Of a stretch of DNA of 64,000 bases, positions 35,761 through 48,439 are shown one piece after another. Each line of letters starts with the position of its first letter. The first letter of the stretch is position 1. This DNA is from Malacoraja senta (lineage: Eukaryota): contig CM075990.1 in the NCBI GenBank assembly GCA_038087875.1, positions 682,001-746,000 of the forward strand, read 5' to 3'. The notes beneath the pieces were generated by a model. It was not told the origin of the DNA, did no database searches, and saw nothing but the letters and a program-made list of their open reading frames with translations. The translations under genes and the position numbers were made by a program.

Positions 35761-37574
35761 GTATGATGTTGTGGGCATTACAGAGGATCGGAGGCTGCAA
35801 GAGGATCAGAGCTGGCAGATGAATATTCAAGGTTACACATCCTATTGGAAAGAGACAGGTGAGCAGATGGGGTGGGATAGCACTGCTGGTAAGGAATGGA
35901 ATTCAGTCCTTAGCAAGGGATGACATCGGATCAGAAGATGTAGAATCCTTGTGGATAGAGGGAAGAAACTGCAAGGGTAAAAAGGTCCTAGCGGAACCTG
36001 TTTACAGCCCGTTGAAAAGCAGCCAGGATATAGGGTACAAATTACATCAGGAGATACAATCGGCATGTAAGAAAGCTAATGGTCAAAGGGAATTCCAATA
36101 TTCAGGTAAACTGGGAACATTTGATTGGTACTGGATCCCAAGAGAGGGAATTTGTAGAGTGCCTCCGAGATGGATTCTTAGAGCAGCTTGTAGTTGAGCC
36201 TACCAGGGAAAAGGCAATTCTAGATTTGGTGTTGTGTAATAAACCGGATTTGATGAGGGAGCTTAAGGTAAAGGAACGACTCGGAGGTAGCGACCACAAC
36301 ATGCAATTGGAGACGGAAAAGATTAAATCAAATGTGTCAGTATTAAAGCTGAACAAAGGTGATTACAGAGGCATGATGGAGGAGCTGGCATTGACAGAAA
36401 CGGACCCTAACTGGAATAACAGTGGAACAGCAAAGCAGGAATTTCTGGGAATAATCAGAAGATGCAGAATCTTTTCATTCCAAAGAGGAAGCACAATTCT
36501 AGGGGGAGAATGAGGCGACCGTGGCTGACAAGGGAAGTCAAGGACTGTATGAAACTAAAAGAGAAGGCATGTAATATTCCTCAGACTAATGGGAAGCTAG
36601 AGGATTTGGAAGCTTTTAAAAAAAGGTCCTGTAACTAAAAAGTCAATATGAAAAGATGAAATATGAAAGTAAGCTCACCAATATTATAACAGAGGATAGC
36701 AAATGTTTATTCAGATATATAAATAATAAGAAAGAGGCAAGATGGATATTGGATCAGTGGAAATTGATGCAGGAGAAGTGATAATGGGGCATAAAGAAAT
36801 GGCAGAGGAATTGAGTACATTTTTTGCATCAGTCTTCACAGGGGAAGACACCAGCAACGTGCCTGAAATTCAAGAGAGTCAGGGGGTGGAAGTTAATGGA
36901 GTGGTGATTACTAAGGAGACGGTGCTTGAGAAACTGAAAGGTCTGAAGGTGGATAAGTCACCTGGACAGGATGGACTGCACCCCAGGGTTCTGAAAGAGG
37001 TGGCTTTAGAGATTGTGGAGGCATTAGTGGTGATCTTTCAAAGATCAATAGCGTCAGGATTGGTTCCTGATGAGTGGAAATTTGCAAATATTACTCCACT
37101 GTCCACAGGGAGCAAAGTAGAAAAGTGGAAACTATAGGCTGGTTAGCCTGACTTCAGTGTTTGGTAAGAATTTGGAGTCCATCATAAAAGATGATTTTGT
37201 GAGTACTTAGCTTATGATAAAACATGGTTTTGTGAAGGGGAGATCTTGCCTGACGAATCTGTTGGAATTCTTTGAGGAAGTAAATAGCAAGATAGACAAA
37301 GAGGAGTAAGTGGATGTTGTTTAACTGGATTTTCAGAAGGCCTTTGATAAGGTGGCACACGTGAGGCTGCTAAAGACGAGAGCCCATGGTATTGAAGGGA
37401 AGATACGAGCATGGATAGCAGGTTGGCTGGATGGCAGAAGGTAAAGAGTGGCAATAAGGGGGCTTTTTCTGGTTGGCTTTCGGTGAGTTCCGCAATGGTC
37501 GGTGTTGGGGCCGCTACTCTTCATGTTATGTATCAATGATCTGGATGGTGAGATTGACGGCTATGTGACCAAGT

Positions 37575-37880
37575 TTAGTTCGGTTTAGATATACAGCATG
37601 GAAATAGGCCCTTCAGCCCACCGGGTCCACGCCGACCAGCGATCCCTGCACACTAACACTATCCCACACACTAGAGACAATTTACAATTCTAGCAAGCCA
37701 ATTCACCTACAAACCTGTACGTCTTTGGAGTGTGGGAGGCAAGCGGAGATCCCGGAGAAAACCCATCCAGGTCACGATGAGAATGTACAAACTCCGTACA
37801 GACAGTGCCCGAAGTCAGGATCGAATCCTGGTCTCCAGCATTGCAAGGCAGCATCTTTACCGCTGTGCCACAATGACGCC
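37575..37880 (-). mobile_element. tRNA-derived V-SINE
   Basis: Reverse box B ggatcgaatc; tail agtttag. Confidence 0.85.
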
Positions 37881-38232
37881 CTTTTGGAGATGTTACAAAG
37901 TTTGCAGATGATACAAAGAAAGCAGGGACTCGGACAGGTTGGGAGAGTGGGCAAAGAAGTTGCAGATGAAATACCATGTACAAAAGTGTGGATTCAAGTA
38001 GGAATAAAGGCGTCCACTATTTTCTAAATGACGAAATAATTCAGAAATCAAAAGTGCAAAAGGACTTGGGAGTGCAGGTACAGGATTCCCTAAAGATTAA
38101 TTTGTAAGTCGAATTGGTAGGAAAGAAGACAAATGCAATGCTAGCATTTATTTTGAGAGGAGTAGCATATAAAAACAGGGATGTAATGCGGAGGCTATAT
38201 AAGGCACTGGTCAGCCCACGTTTGGAATATTA

Positions 38233-38748
38233 AGGGCCTGTCCCACTGACGCGACTTTTCAGCGACTGTCTTAAGGGCCTGTCCCACCAGCATGCGACTC
38301 CATGCGGCAAGCGCGACCTAACGTGGTCGCTTGAGCCGTACGGCCTCGCGGGGCCGGTCCCACTTCGATCGCCGGAGCCGTATGGAGTTGTGCGGAGCTG
38401 GTCCCGACATCGCGTGGGGCTCCGAAAAACTGACACTGTTCAAAAATTCCACACGGCAACGGCCTGCCGGCCCGCAGCCGCCTCGACGCCGTACGCACCG
38501 CCTCAACGGGCGTGCGCAGCGTTTTGACGCCGTACGTCATGCGCGAACTTCCCGTGGACTTCGCTCGAACTTCACATCACTCACTCGACCTCTGCGCGGC
38601 CCCCGCTTCCGGTTTGGTCGCGCTTGCCGCATGCGGTCGCATGCTCGTGGGACAGGCCCTTTAGACGTTCAAGCTCGAGGGCACTCGCCTGAAAAATCTC
38701 GAGCTGGATCGACCGTCAGCGATGAAACCGCAAGCTGGATCGACCGAC

Positions 38749-38785
<37 letters not shown>

Positions 38786-39378
38786 ATCGCAAAGGCGGGG
38801 GCCAGGGAAAGCAGGGGAGCGCTGTCAGAAATTCACACCCGAGATGAACAAGACGATAAAAGACGGCTGCACAGTGTACGGTAAGTCCTTTAGAGAGCGG
38901 GCAGGGGGGAGAGAAGGGGAGAGAAGGGGGGAGAAGGGGGGGGGGAGAAGGAGTGGAGACACTTTTAAGAAGCCAGATAATTTATAATAAAGTTTAGCGG
39001 ACATTTTACATTACCGGTCAGTTTTCCTTGGTCCTGAAAACTCCAAAGAGCCAATTAAAATGCCTGGTCAGCAAAAGTGATTGCCTATGGCTACCCTCGA
39101 CTGCCTATAACTGCATAGCGACACCACTCCACTGCACTATGAGTTCAAAAGAACCATGCCGACCAATTTTTACTTGCAGAACATTTTTCAACATGCTGAA
39201 AATTTTTCCTCGACCAAACTGAGGCCGCGAATATGCGGTAACTTCCCTTGAGCATGAAGGAGAGTTCCAGTGACCACATAGGACCTCCTAGGACCATGTG
39301 TCGACCATGCTGCTAGTTTGAGTCAATGGCAAACTCTTCTAAACTCGCAGATTAGGTCGCTGCAGTGGGACAGGCCAT
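38233..39378. mobile_element. Outer Harbinger-type non-autonomous element
   Basis: tta|agggcctgtcccactg ... cagtgggacaggcca; contains (CA)n at ~38751-38780. Confidence 0.8.
38274..38660. mobile_element. Nested Harbinger-type MITE (same family as 2682-3198)
   Basis: TTA at 38271-38273 and 38661-38663; perfect TIR agggcctgtcccac/gtgggacaggccct. Confidence 0.9.
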
Positions 39379-40019
39379 TTTTGAGCAGTTTTGGGCCCCA
39401 TATCTGAGGAAGGATGTGCTGGTGTTGGAGAGGATCCAGAGAAGGTTTACGAGGATGATCCCAGCAATGATTGGATCAACATATGATAAGCGTTTGACGG
39501 CACAGAGCCTGTACTCGCTGGGATTTAGAAGGTTGAGGGGGGACCTCATTGAAACTGCCTGGAAGGCCTGTATAGAGTGGATGTGGAGAGGATGTTTCCA
39601 CTAGTGGGAGAGTCTACGACCAGAGGCCATAACCTCAGAATAAAAGGGCGTACCTTTATAAAGGAGATGAGGAGGAATTTCTTTAGTTGAAGGATGGTGA
39701 ATGTGGAATTAATTGCCGTAGAAGGCTGTGGCGGCCAAGTCCATGGATATTTTTAAGGTGAGAGATAGATTCTTGTCAGGGTTTATAGGGAGAAGGCAGG
39801 TGAATGGGGTTGATAGGGAAAAGTAGATCAGCCATGATTGAATGGCGAAGTAGACTTGATGAGCCAAATGGCCTAATTCTGCTCCTATAACTTATGAACT
39901 TTGGGAAATGGTTATTATTTTGTTATTAACACATTTAGAAAATATCTTCAGATTTACCTTAAAGCTGTCCACCAATGATATTTTGTTTCAATATAATTAA
40001 CCTTGTGGGAAAAGAAATG

Positions 40020-40356
40020 CAGTGAAAACCATCACCACGTAAAGATGCCGACCCCAACCCAGAAACAGCTACCACCTGGTCACAGGTGTGACTGGAAGAC
40101 ATGCAAGTCCCTCAATAGGCTTCGTACCGGGATGGGCCGATGCAAGACCAATATGAACAAATGGGGCTATGCAGATGTGGCAGACACAGAATGTGAATGT
40201 GGAACATCTGTACAATCCATGCCACACCTACTAAGATGCCCACTTCTTGGCGAACAATGCTGCCTGGAAGATCTAGTGGTGGCAAATGAAAAGGCTGTCC
40301 ACTGTGCAAGAGCCTGGCCGAACATTTGAAACATAGATGATGGACAGAAAGAAGAA
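40020..40356 (+). mobile_element. 3' end of an Ingi/Vingi-like LINE (second family)
   Basis: KSLNRLRTGMGRCKTNMNKWG..CECG..QSMPHLLRC; short UTR ending gaaagaagaa. Confidence 0.7.
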
Positions 40357-40900
40357 TATATTTGGGAAAATATATAGATAGGGTTACAGGGATATGGGCC
40401 AAATGCAGGCAAATGAGACTAGCCAATATGCCAAATTGGTTGGCATGGATAAGGTAGGCTGAAGGAATAGGTCAGAAGAAGGGTCTTGACTTGAAATGTC
40501 ACCTATTCCTTTTCTCCAGAGATGCTGTCTGACCCACTGAGTTACTCCAGCTTTTTGTGTCTATCTTCAGTTGTAACACATTCCTCATTTCAGTGTTGGC
40601 ATCAGATGAATTTCTGGGCAATTGTTTCCAGAAGGTGAAGGCTCAAGAATTAGTATCCCGAGATGGAAGACTAAATCTAAAATATTTAGAATTGCTCACT
40701 CCATAAGCAGAGCATTGCGGACAATGGCTGTTGAGTCCTTTCTACTTTGAAACCTCCACTCAGTAAAGAGCTGGAAATGAGTATGTCATTGGAAGAAAAT
40801 TGGATCACATTTTACTTTGAACTCTTTCATTCATTTTTTTAAAATAGCAGGAAATCAATGGGCTGAGTGCTTCTTGTTTCCCATCCTCCAGAACCCTTTA

Positions 40901-41141
40901 AGGGCCTGTCCCACTTGGGCGTCATTTGCGCGTCACGCAGGTGGCGTGCGAAGATTTTGTGACTCCAAAAATCCTGGGGCGCCGCGCACGACCGCACGTC
41001 ACTGCCGATGCCACCATGCCTCACCATGCGCGCATAATGCACGCCATGCGCGCAAACGTGCGCGTCACGATGCGCGCATCACGATGCGCGCGTCGTGACG
41101 CGTAAATGACGCGCAAATGACACCCAAGTGGGACAGGCCCT
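40901..41141. mobile_element. Harbinger-type MITE (241 bp, CpG-rich)
   Basis: TTA TSD at 40898-40900 and 41142-41144; TIR agggcctgtcccacttggg. Confidence 0.92.
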
Positions 41142-41214
41142 TTACTCTAACAAAATGCAAAGCAAGCAGAAAACGTGCTGAACACGTTTGCTCAGTCCGC
41201 CGGAACCAACCAAG

Positions 41215-41605
41215 AGACAAGAGTCAAGGGTGTTTTATTGTCATATGTCCCAGATAGGACAATGAAATTCTTACTTGCTGCAGCACAACAGAATAGGTAA
41301 ACATAGTACATAACGGGAGAGAAAAAGTTCTGTGTGTGTTTACACATGCACACATACTCAATAAATAAATAAATATAGTGCAATAATAATAGTCTGTTGT
41401 AGTTCAGAGCTTATTTGTTGTTGTGTTTAATAGCCTGATGGCTGAAGGGAAGAAGCTGTTCCTGAACCTGGACGTTACAGTTTTCAGGCTCCTGTACCTT
41501 CTTCTCGATGGTAATGGTGAAATGAGTGTGTGGCCATGATGATGTGGGTCTTTGATGATGTTGGCTGCCTTTTTGAGGCAGCGACTTCGATAGATCCCTT
41601 CAACG
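41215..41605 (-). mobile_element. Rex1/Babar LINE 3' end
   Basis: GIYRSRCLKKAANIIKDPHH..LPSRRRYRSL..RFRNSFFPSAIRLLN. Confidence 0.88.
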
Positions 41606-42093
41606 GTGATCTCCCGGTTGCTAAACACTTTAATTCTCCTTCCCATTCCCACACTGACCTTTCTGTCCTCGGCCTTCATTGTCAGAGTGAGGCAAAATGC
41701 CAATTGGAGGAACAGCATCTCATATTTTGCTTGGGCAGCTTACAGCCCAGTGGTACGGATATTGATTTCTCTAACTGCAAGTAACCCCGGCATCACTCTC
41801 TCTCCATCCCTTTCCCACCCAACTGGCACCAGCTTCTCGTTTTCACCAAACAATGGCCTGTTTCCAATATCAGCGTAACCTTTTTGCATATCTTCCATTC
41901 ATTGATCTTTATCTCTCCATATCACCGTCTATATCTCTCGTTTCCCTTTTTGACTCTCAGTCTGAAGAAGGGTCTCGACCCAAAATGGTCACCCATTCCT
42001 TCTCTCCAGAGATGCTGCCTGTCCCGCTGAGTTACTCCAGCTGTTTGTGTCTTTCTTCGGTTTAAACCAGCATCTGCAGTTCCTTCCTACACA
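41606..42093 (+). mobile_element. Penelope-like element 3' end with pLTR/hammerhead-like core
   Basis: DLPVAKHFNSPSHS..LEEQHLIFCLGSLQPSG; ctgaagaagggtctcgaccc at ~41962. Confidence 0.88.
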
Positions 42094-42877
42094 AAGTAGA
42101 AAACTGAATTTGATTTAAAAATGTAACTCATTTAACAGACAGACAGAGTTTCAGTGCTGGGGGCTCTCAAATGTTTTCTGATCTTAATTTAGGAAGGAAT
42201 TTGATCTATAAAACCTGAAAATAAATAATATTACTTTTTTTTAATCAACAATGGTATAAGAGATCACATTTCCGTTATGGTTGAAAACGGAAATCTTATT
42301 GCGGTTCTTCAGCACATCTGACAAAATATAAAACCTTTGTATGTGAGCCAGCCTTTCCATCTGCAAGTCATGTATTGTAATTTCTTTATCGAAATGCAAA
42401 AGACATAGACAGAAAGCATTTCCCAAAGCTACTGATTAATTCATGTTCCTGCTTATCTTTACCAATGGAAGCAAATGAGTAGGGAATAGTGCAGATGTAT
42501 CTTATTGTTTTGTTTGCATGAATGGGTTGAACCATAAAAGGTAGATAGTCCCTTAAGTTCATGTAAATGATGTCTCTGAGGCATCATTTTCTGTTTCTAT
42601 GTTTCTAAGTAGGCAAGAGGTAAACTATAGAGCTCATGCAGTGTTGAACATTTCAAACCATGCATGTTCTTTCACTCTCCCTCACAACTTAGGTTGTCCC
42701 CTCACATTCTCTTGATGACACTTTAAGGGCTGATAAGCAGGCATTGGGAAAGTGACGTGTTATTAATCCACATCCATACAACCCAGCAATTGATTCTCAC
42801 AACTTTCCTGCTGCCTCCACAATGCCACTGGTTCAGAAGAATGCACTACTGGTCGTTACATCAACCAGAGGCCCCAT

Positions 42878-43226
42878 TTTAGTTTAGTTTAGTTTAGTTT
42901 AGAGATATAGCACGGAACAGGCCCTTCGGCCAACCGAGTCCGCACCGACCAGCCATCCCCGCACATTAACATTATCCTAGGGACAATTGTACATTTATAA
43001 CAAACCACACACTAGGGACAATTTTACATTCATAACAAACCAATTAACCTACAAACCTGCACGTCTTTGGAGTGTGGGAGGAAACTGAAGATCTCGGAGA
43101 AAACCCACACGGTCACGGGGAGAACGTACAAACTCAGTACAGACAGCATCCGTAGTCAGGATCGAACCCATCTCTCTGGCGCTGTAAGCGCTATAAAGCA
43201 GCAACTCTACCGCTGCGCCACCATGC
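42878..43226 (-). mobile_element. tRNA-derived V-SINE
   Basis: (agttt)n tail; ctaccgctgcgcca (reverse box A). Confidence 0.9.
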
Positions 43227-43575
43227 TGCTCCTGTGAGAAGGCTGCGGGTCTAATGTAGGTTTAGTATAGCTAGGCATCTTGGTCAGCGTGAACAAATTG
43301 GTCTGAAGGCCTGTTTCTGTGCTGTACAACTTTGTGATTCGGTGACTCAATGCTCGGTATCCGTTCATGTCAAGAGACCGCATTTGGAGAACTGCATGCA
43401 GTTCTGGTCACCATGCTATAGGGGGATGTGAATAAGCTAGAGATGTTGGAGAAAAGGTTCACAAGATTGTTGATGGGAGGGGAAGGCTAGACTGGATAGG
43501 CATAACTGAAGCGAAGATGACTAAACCTAACCTAACCTAATAAACCTAATGGAGGTTTATAAGATTATCAGGGCC

Positions 43576-45127
43576 AATGTTACAAAATTTTGAGATTTAA
43601 AAAATCAAGTCTGCAATTTATCCCATCAGATAAAGCATAAAAAGAAGTTTAATTTGACACCTAATTCACTTTCATATCTTCAGTATTATGGCCGTTCATA
43701 CTCGGAAATTAGCATCTTGTTCCCTATTGCTTTTCCATTGACTTAACACAAAAGCTGTAATCGAGGACAGTCAAAAGCCCATAACTTTTTTAAAAATCAA
43801 GAGAACTGAATGAAATTTTCAGTTATTATAGATTGAAGCATTCTGAAACAAATATGAAACATTTTACTTGGATGACCTGAAATTAAAGCAGATAATTAGT
43901 TAATTACCTAATTGTAGTTAATTACAAAATTAACCGTTGTGACGGAAATAATAATAAACACCCAGACTGCCTTGAAAATTCAAAAATGTGATATTCTCAA
44001 GATCAGAACTTTAATATTATTGTATTATATGCTGTAAGTCCATAACAGATAGGTAAATAAATTACAATTTCTAGCAATAGACCTTTATGGAGAAGATCAG
44101 TTGCTAGCTGGTACATTGGCATATCATAATCAGTAGCATCATCATGCTCCTCAGATTGTAACCAATAAGCAACTCTGTACACCTTGTTTTTCCTCAACTT
44201 TTCAATTTTGGCATTGTAAACTACAAGTTTTTGCTCTTCAAACCACACATGACATGCCTTTCTGCCCACTACTTTCCCATTAACAATGTTCTGTAGATTC
44301 CATTTCTTAAGAAAAGGATAATTTTTTAAATAGCCTAATTATCTAAATAACAAACTAATCCCATTCATAGATACATAGAAAATAGGTGCAGGAGTAGGCC
44401 ATTCGGCCCTTCGAACCTGCACCGCCATTCAATATGATCATGGCTGACAATATAACATGATTTTTAAATCTCACTGTCATGAATTTATATCCCAGATGGA
44501 AGGAATTTAATGTTTAATTCCCATAAATTAATCTAGAAACATCCACCCAAAATATAATCAAATTATTGTTTTTTGCACAATACATGTGACTTAAACTGTT
44601 GTGAATATTTAGTTTAAAAATAATGATCATGGAGGAGAGAGAATAACACAAAATATAGACAATTTAGATGGCTTATCTCCAAAAAAAATGGGCATTTTAA
44701 ACATCTTGCTTCTGGAACGCGATCGATTGGAATGTTGCATTTGCGGTGAATTTGAACCCCATATCGGCAGGAAAAACACTGATTGATTAAAGTCATCCCA
44801 AGAGCAAGTTTATATGTAAAATAAACGACTTACACCGTGTTTTGTCCCGTACTAAGATCTGTCACGTTGTAGCGTTGACGGCATTAAAAGTCGCTTTTTA
44901 TTTTAATATAATTATGAAATTGTCACGCGATTAAAAAATTAAAAAATGGGAATGGAAGTCGGAACGATTTTTCTGCAGCAGCTAGCAGCCTGAGGAAATC
45001 GGCCTCGGACAGGTGGTAGAAAACTGGATTTTAATCCCGCCCCCCCCCCCTCAAAGGCACCAAAATCGCGCACACGGCCAGTGGCAGGACTGCAGCGCCG
45101 CTGAATGTAAGTTTTGTAACATCGCTA
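43576..45127. mobile_element. Non-autonomous TIR DNA transposon (superfamily uncertain; a TAG terminus is Academ-like)
   Basis: atgttacaaaa (43577) / ttttgtaacat-cgcta (45112-45127); interrupts a CR1 3' fragment; coding remnant 44003-44320 on minus. Confidence 0.65.
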
Positions 45128-45781
45128 ATAGATCATATGGATTGTCACAATCTTTCTCTCAGTGTAGGCTGCCTAAAACAGTAGACCAAAGGTTTAAAGT
45201 GAGATGGAAAAGATTTAACAGGGTTGATGGATTTGAAATGATTGATGAAAATGCAGCTTGGTCAGCGTGGGCTTGATGGGCCGAAGGGCCCGTTTCCCCT
45301 TCGGCCCATCAAGCCCATGCTGACCATCAATCACCCGTCACACTAGTTCTATGTTATCCATTTTTGCATCGATTCCCTACACATTAGGGGCAATTTACAG
45401 AGGCCAATTAACCTATAAAATCTCTTGTGTTTTTGTTTGGAATCTGGGAGGAAACTGGAGCATCCAGATGAAACCCATATGATCTTAGGGAGAATGGGCA
45501 AACTCCACGCAGACAACACCTGAGGTCAGGATCGAACCCATGCCTTTGGTGCCCTGAAGAACCACTGTGCTGCTCGAACTGACAGGTAAATATTGCAGAC
45601 AGAGAGTGGTGGGATATATGGAACAGGCTGCTAGAAGAATTAGTAGAAGCCAGTACAATTATGGGATGATACAATACAATACAACTTCATTTATCCATGA
45701 TAGTGGAGCAGCCGGTCCGGTAGTGGGAGGGTGTACAAAACGCTAAAACCTCTGGATGCGGAGTCACAGGACGCGGTTCCT

Positions 45782-46462
45782 TCACTGGAAGGAGATGTCG
45801 ACGGTTGCGTCTGTAAATGGCCCCGTCCTTGTTAACCAGGTAAGAGCAGGGTTCTTTGGCAGGGCTGTGGATGTGACCCAGTCGGCCATAGCCCTTGTTA
45901 GTCTGAAGGCGAACAACCAGTCCACTGGAGCGAGGTTTAAGTGGCTTACTGGACTTGTCGAAAAAACGTTTTTGTGCATCCACTTGAATTGTAGTTGTTT
46001 CTGGACAACGGGCGGAGAACGAACCTGTGGCTGCAAAAGCTGCTGGGGTACAGGCAGGGCAGCACGGGTTTGGCGAGACATCAGACGTTGGGCTGGGGAA
46101 CCCAGTATGGGATCCCTGGCAATGTTCCTTAAATTGAGCAGGTCCAGGTAGACGGCAGATTTATCAAGGTAAGAATGCTCCATTAGTTGTTTTGCGCATC
46201 GGACAGCTCGTCCGGCTAGTCTGTTGGACTGCGGGAACTCAGGGCTGCTGGTGATATGTCGAAAGTCCCATCGTTGTGCAAAGTTTTTGAAAAGCTGGCT
46301 AGTGCACTGACTGCCGTTGTCGGATAGAAGGCGTGCAGGGAAGCCGTGCACGGAGAAATGGTGTCGCAATTTCTGGATAACTGCTTCAGATGTGATGGTT
46401 TGGAGTAGATCAATGTCAAACCAGCCCGAATAAGTCGACAAGAACCAGATAGTGTTTCCCAT
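45782..46462 (-). pseudogene. Gypsy integrase core (rve) fragment
   Basis: SDNG, HITSSPEFPQSN motifs; DDE residues partly decayed. Confidence 0.88.
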
Positions 46463-46933
46463 GCCATTCGAATATGTCGGTGGCTACCGTGGACCATGGT
46501 AGAGGAGGAACTGGGTGCGGCAGTAAGGGCTGCTTCTGCTGGTGTGGCATCCGATAATATAGTTCGAGCGGAGGTCACACAACTGTCTAAACTTTGCAAG
46601 TAGGACAGCAGGGTCATCAATCGTTTCTGCAGCCACTTGAATCTGCCTGTTTGGGTCTAAAACAGCAGGCTCAAATGTAAAACTGTCCGCACGTTTCATT
46701 GCCTCAGGACCAGCCAGGTTTAGCAACACAGAAGCACGTACATCTGGAGGATCGTTACGATGAACGATGCGAACGCAGTGAATCTAGTCGTGCTAGAAAA
46801 GGTGCCAGCGTTCAGCCGTCAGAGTCAAAGATCAGAGGACTAGGACGGCGAGACGAGATTGCCATGATAGAGATAACAGGCACATAAATATAAAAAACAA
46901 AACCCGATAAACGTGAACGGAGTAGGTAAGACT

Positions 46934-46948
46934 CACTTCTTGACACCA
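46934..46948 (-). promoter_or_regulatory. Primer-binding site, tRNA-Leu-like
   Basis: TGGTGTCA(A)GAAGTG immediately after the LTR-terminal CA; complementary to the tRNA-Leu 3' end ..CACUUCUGACACCA with a 1-nt insertion. Confidence 0.7.
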
Positions 46949-47618
46949 TGTAATGAGTCGAGTCGTACACACGCCGAGATACAACACATGTTTATTAAAG
47001 TTCACTTACAGCATTGGTCTGCAGGACATTACAGTAACTAGCAGATACTCAGACTGAATTACGTAAGCAAGCTCTTGGTAATATAAATCACATATTAGGT
47101 GGAGCAACTACTAACAAGCGCTACAATTGGTTAGTAGGAAATAACCAATCTACAGTATGTACACCTGGTATAAGTGTAAATGATCCCTAGCATGTGATGG
47201 ATAGCGTTAGTGTGCGGGGATCGCTGGTCAGTGCGGACTCGGTGGGCCAAAGGGCCTGTTTCCGTTCTGTATCTCTAAACTAAACTAAAACAATTTGAAA
47301 GGTGCTGAGTATTTCAGTTTTGTTACTAAATGGGGTGTGCTTGATGTCTCCACATAGCAGTCTATCTGCAGTGTGGAGAGGTTTGCACTCAGCCGGGCTA
47401 CATCTGCTGCAAGCCTCTTTGCTTTATCAGCACCACTTATTTTCCCATTTAGTTCTGTGTTATCACTGAACTTGGAAGATCAGAATTTAGTCCCTTCAGC
47501 CAAACTGTTGATGCAGTACTCCACTCCAGCCTAAGGGGACTCAGTCATTCCTATTTTTTGTCAATTGAATGTAATCAGCTTGAAGTCCATGCTGATAACG
47601 TTTTGCCCTGCCCAACCA

Positions 47619-47818
47619 NNNNNNNNNNNNNNNNNNNNNNNNNNNNNNNNNNNNNNNNNNNNNNNNNNNNNNNNNNNNNNNNNNNNNNNNNNNNNNNNNN
47701 NNNNNNNNNNNNNNNNNNNNNNNNNNNNNNNNNNNNNNNNNNNNNNNNNNNNNNNNNNNNNNNNNNNNNNNNNNNNNNNNNNNNNNNNNNNNNNNNNNNN
47801 NNNNNNNNNNNNNNNNNN
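47619..47818. other. Assembly gap (200 N)
   Basis: Run of n. Confidence 1.
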
Positions 47819-48439
47819 ACTGCTGGACCGTCGAGGAGAACAAAGGGAAGAGATAAGACTTTGCCTTCCATCACAGTGAGGAGGTGTTGGAGATTCACTG
47901 TGATGGATGTTTATGTAAACTGTGTTAAGTGTGGGTCTTGGTTTTTTTTGTAATGTAAAAAACTGTAGTAAATGATATTTCGTTCAAACCTAGGTTTGAA
48001 TGACAATAAATAGCATTCCATTCCATTCCATTTTGTGTCAATCTTCAGTGTAAACCCAGCATCTGTAGTTCCTTTCTACACAAGGTGATGAGGAGGGTAG
48101 TGCAGTGGATGTTGTCCACTTGGATAAAGTCCCCTTTGCTCCGCTGATCCAGTAAGAACCACCCTAACGCGGGAGTTTCGATCACCCCAACGGGGCCTAC
48201 GGTCGTCGGCTGCGGGGGATTTGATCGCCCCGACTGCGGATGGTTTGACTGCCCAGACCGGGGGAGAACAAAGAGGAAGAAGTTTGTACAATATTGCCTT
48301 CCATCACAGTGAGGAATGTGGAATCCACTGTGATGGATGTTTATGTTAACCTTTATGTGGTGGTGTGTAACTCAAATGTCATTGTACCTTAATTGGTACG
48401 TGTGACAATAAACTGACCTTGAAACCTTCAAACCTTGAA

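Larger units (their letters stand above)
35810..39900 (+). mobile_element. Long decayed CR1-like ORF2 (APE + RT + 3' UTR) hosting a SINE and nested MITEs
   Basis: GGIALLVR..VESLWIE, PTREKAILD, KSPGQDGLHPRVLKE, FQKAFDKV, KFADD, QFWAPYLRKD. Confidence 0.88.
45687..47160 (-). mobile_element. Internally deleted Ty3/Gypsy LTR retrotransposon (LTR-PBS-gag N-terminus-integrase)
   Basis: LTR from 46949 (ends CA on minus, AATAAA at ~46991); PBS tggtgtcaagaagtg; gag LLNLAGPEA; integrase HGFPARLLSDNGSQ..SSPEFPQSN..SPAQRLMSR. Confidence 0.85.

Noticed and set aside
40580..40705. Possible plus-strand exon (VLASDEFLGNCFQK..); similar weak candidates at ~9270-9380 and 51076-51417
   Set aside because: No recognisable protein, weak donors, no consistent exon chain.
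47541..47953. ORFs spanning X runs
   Set aside because: Artefact of the 200-N gap.
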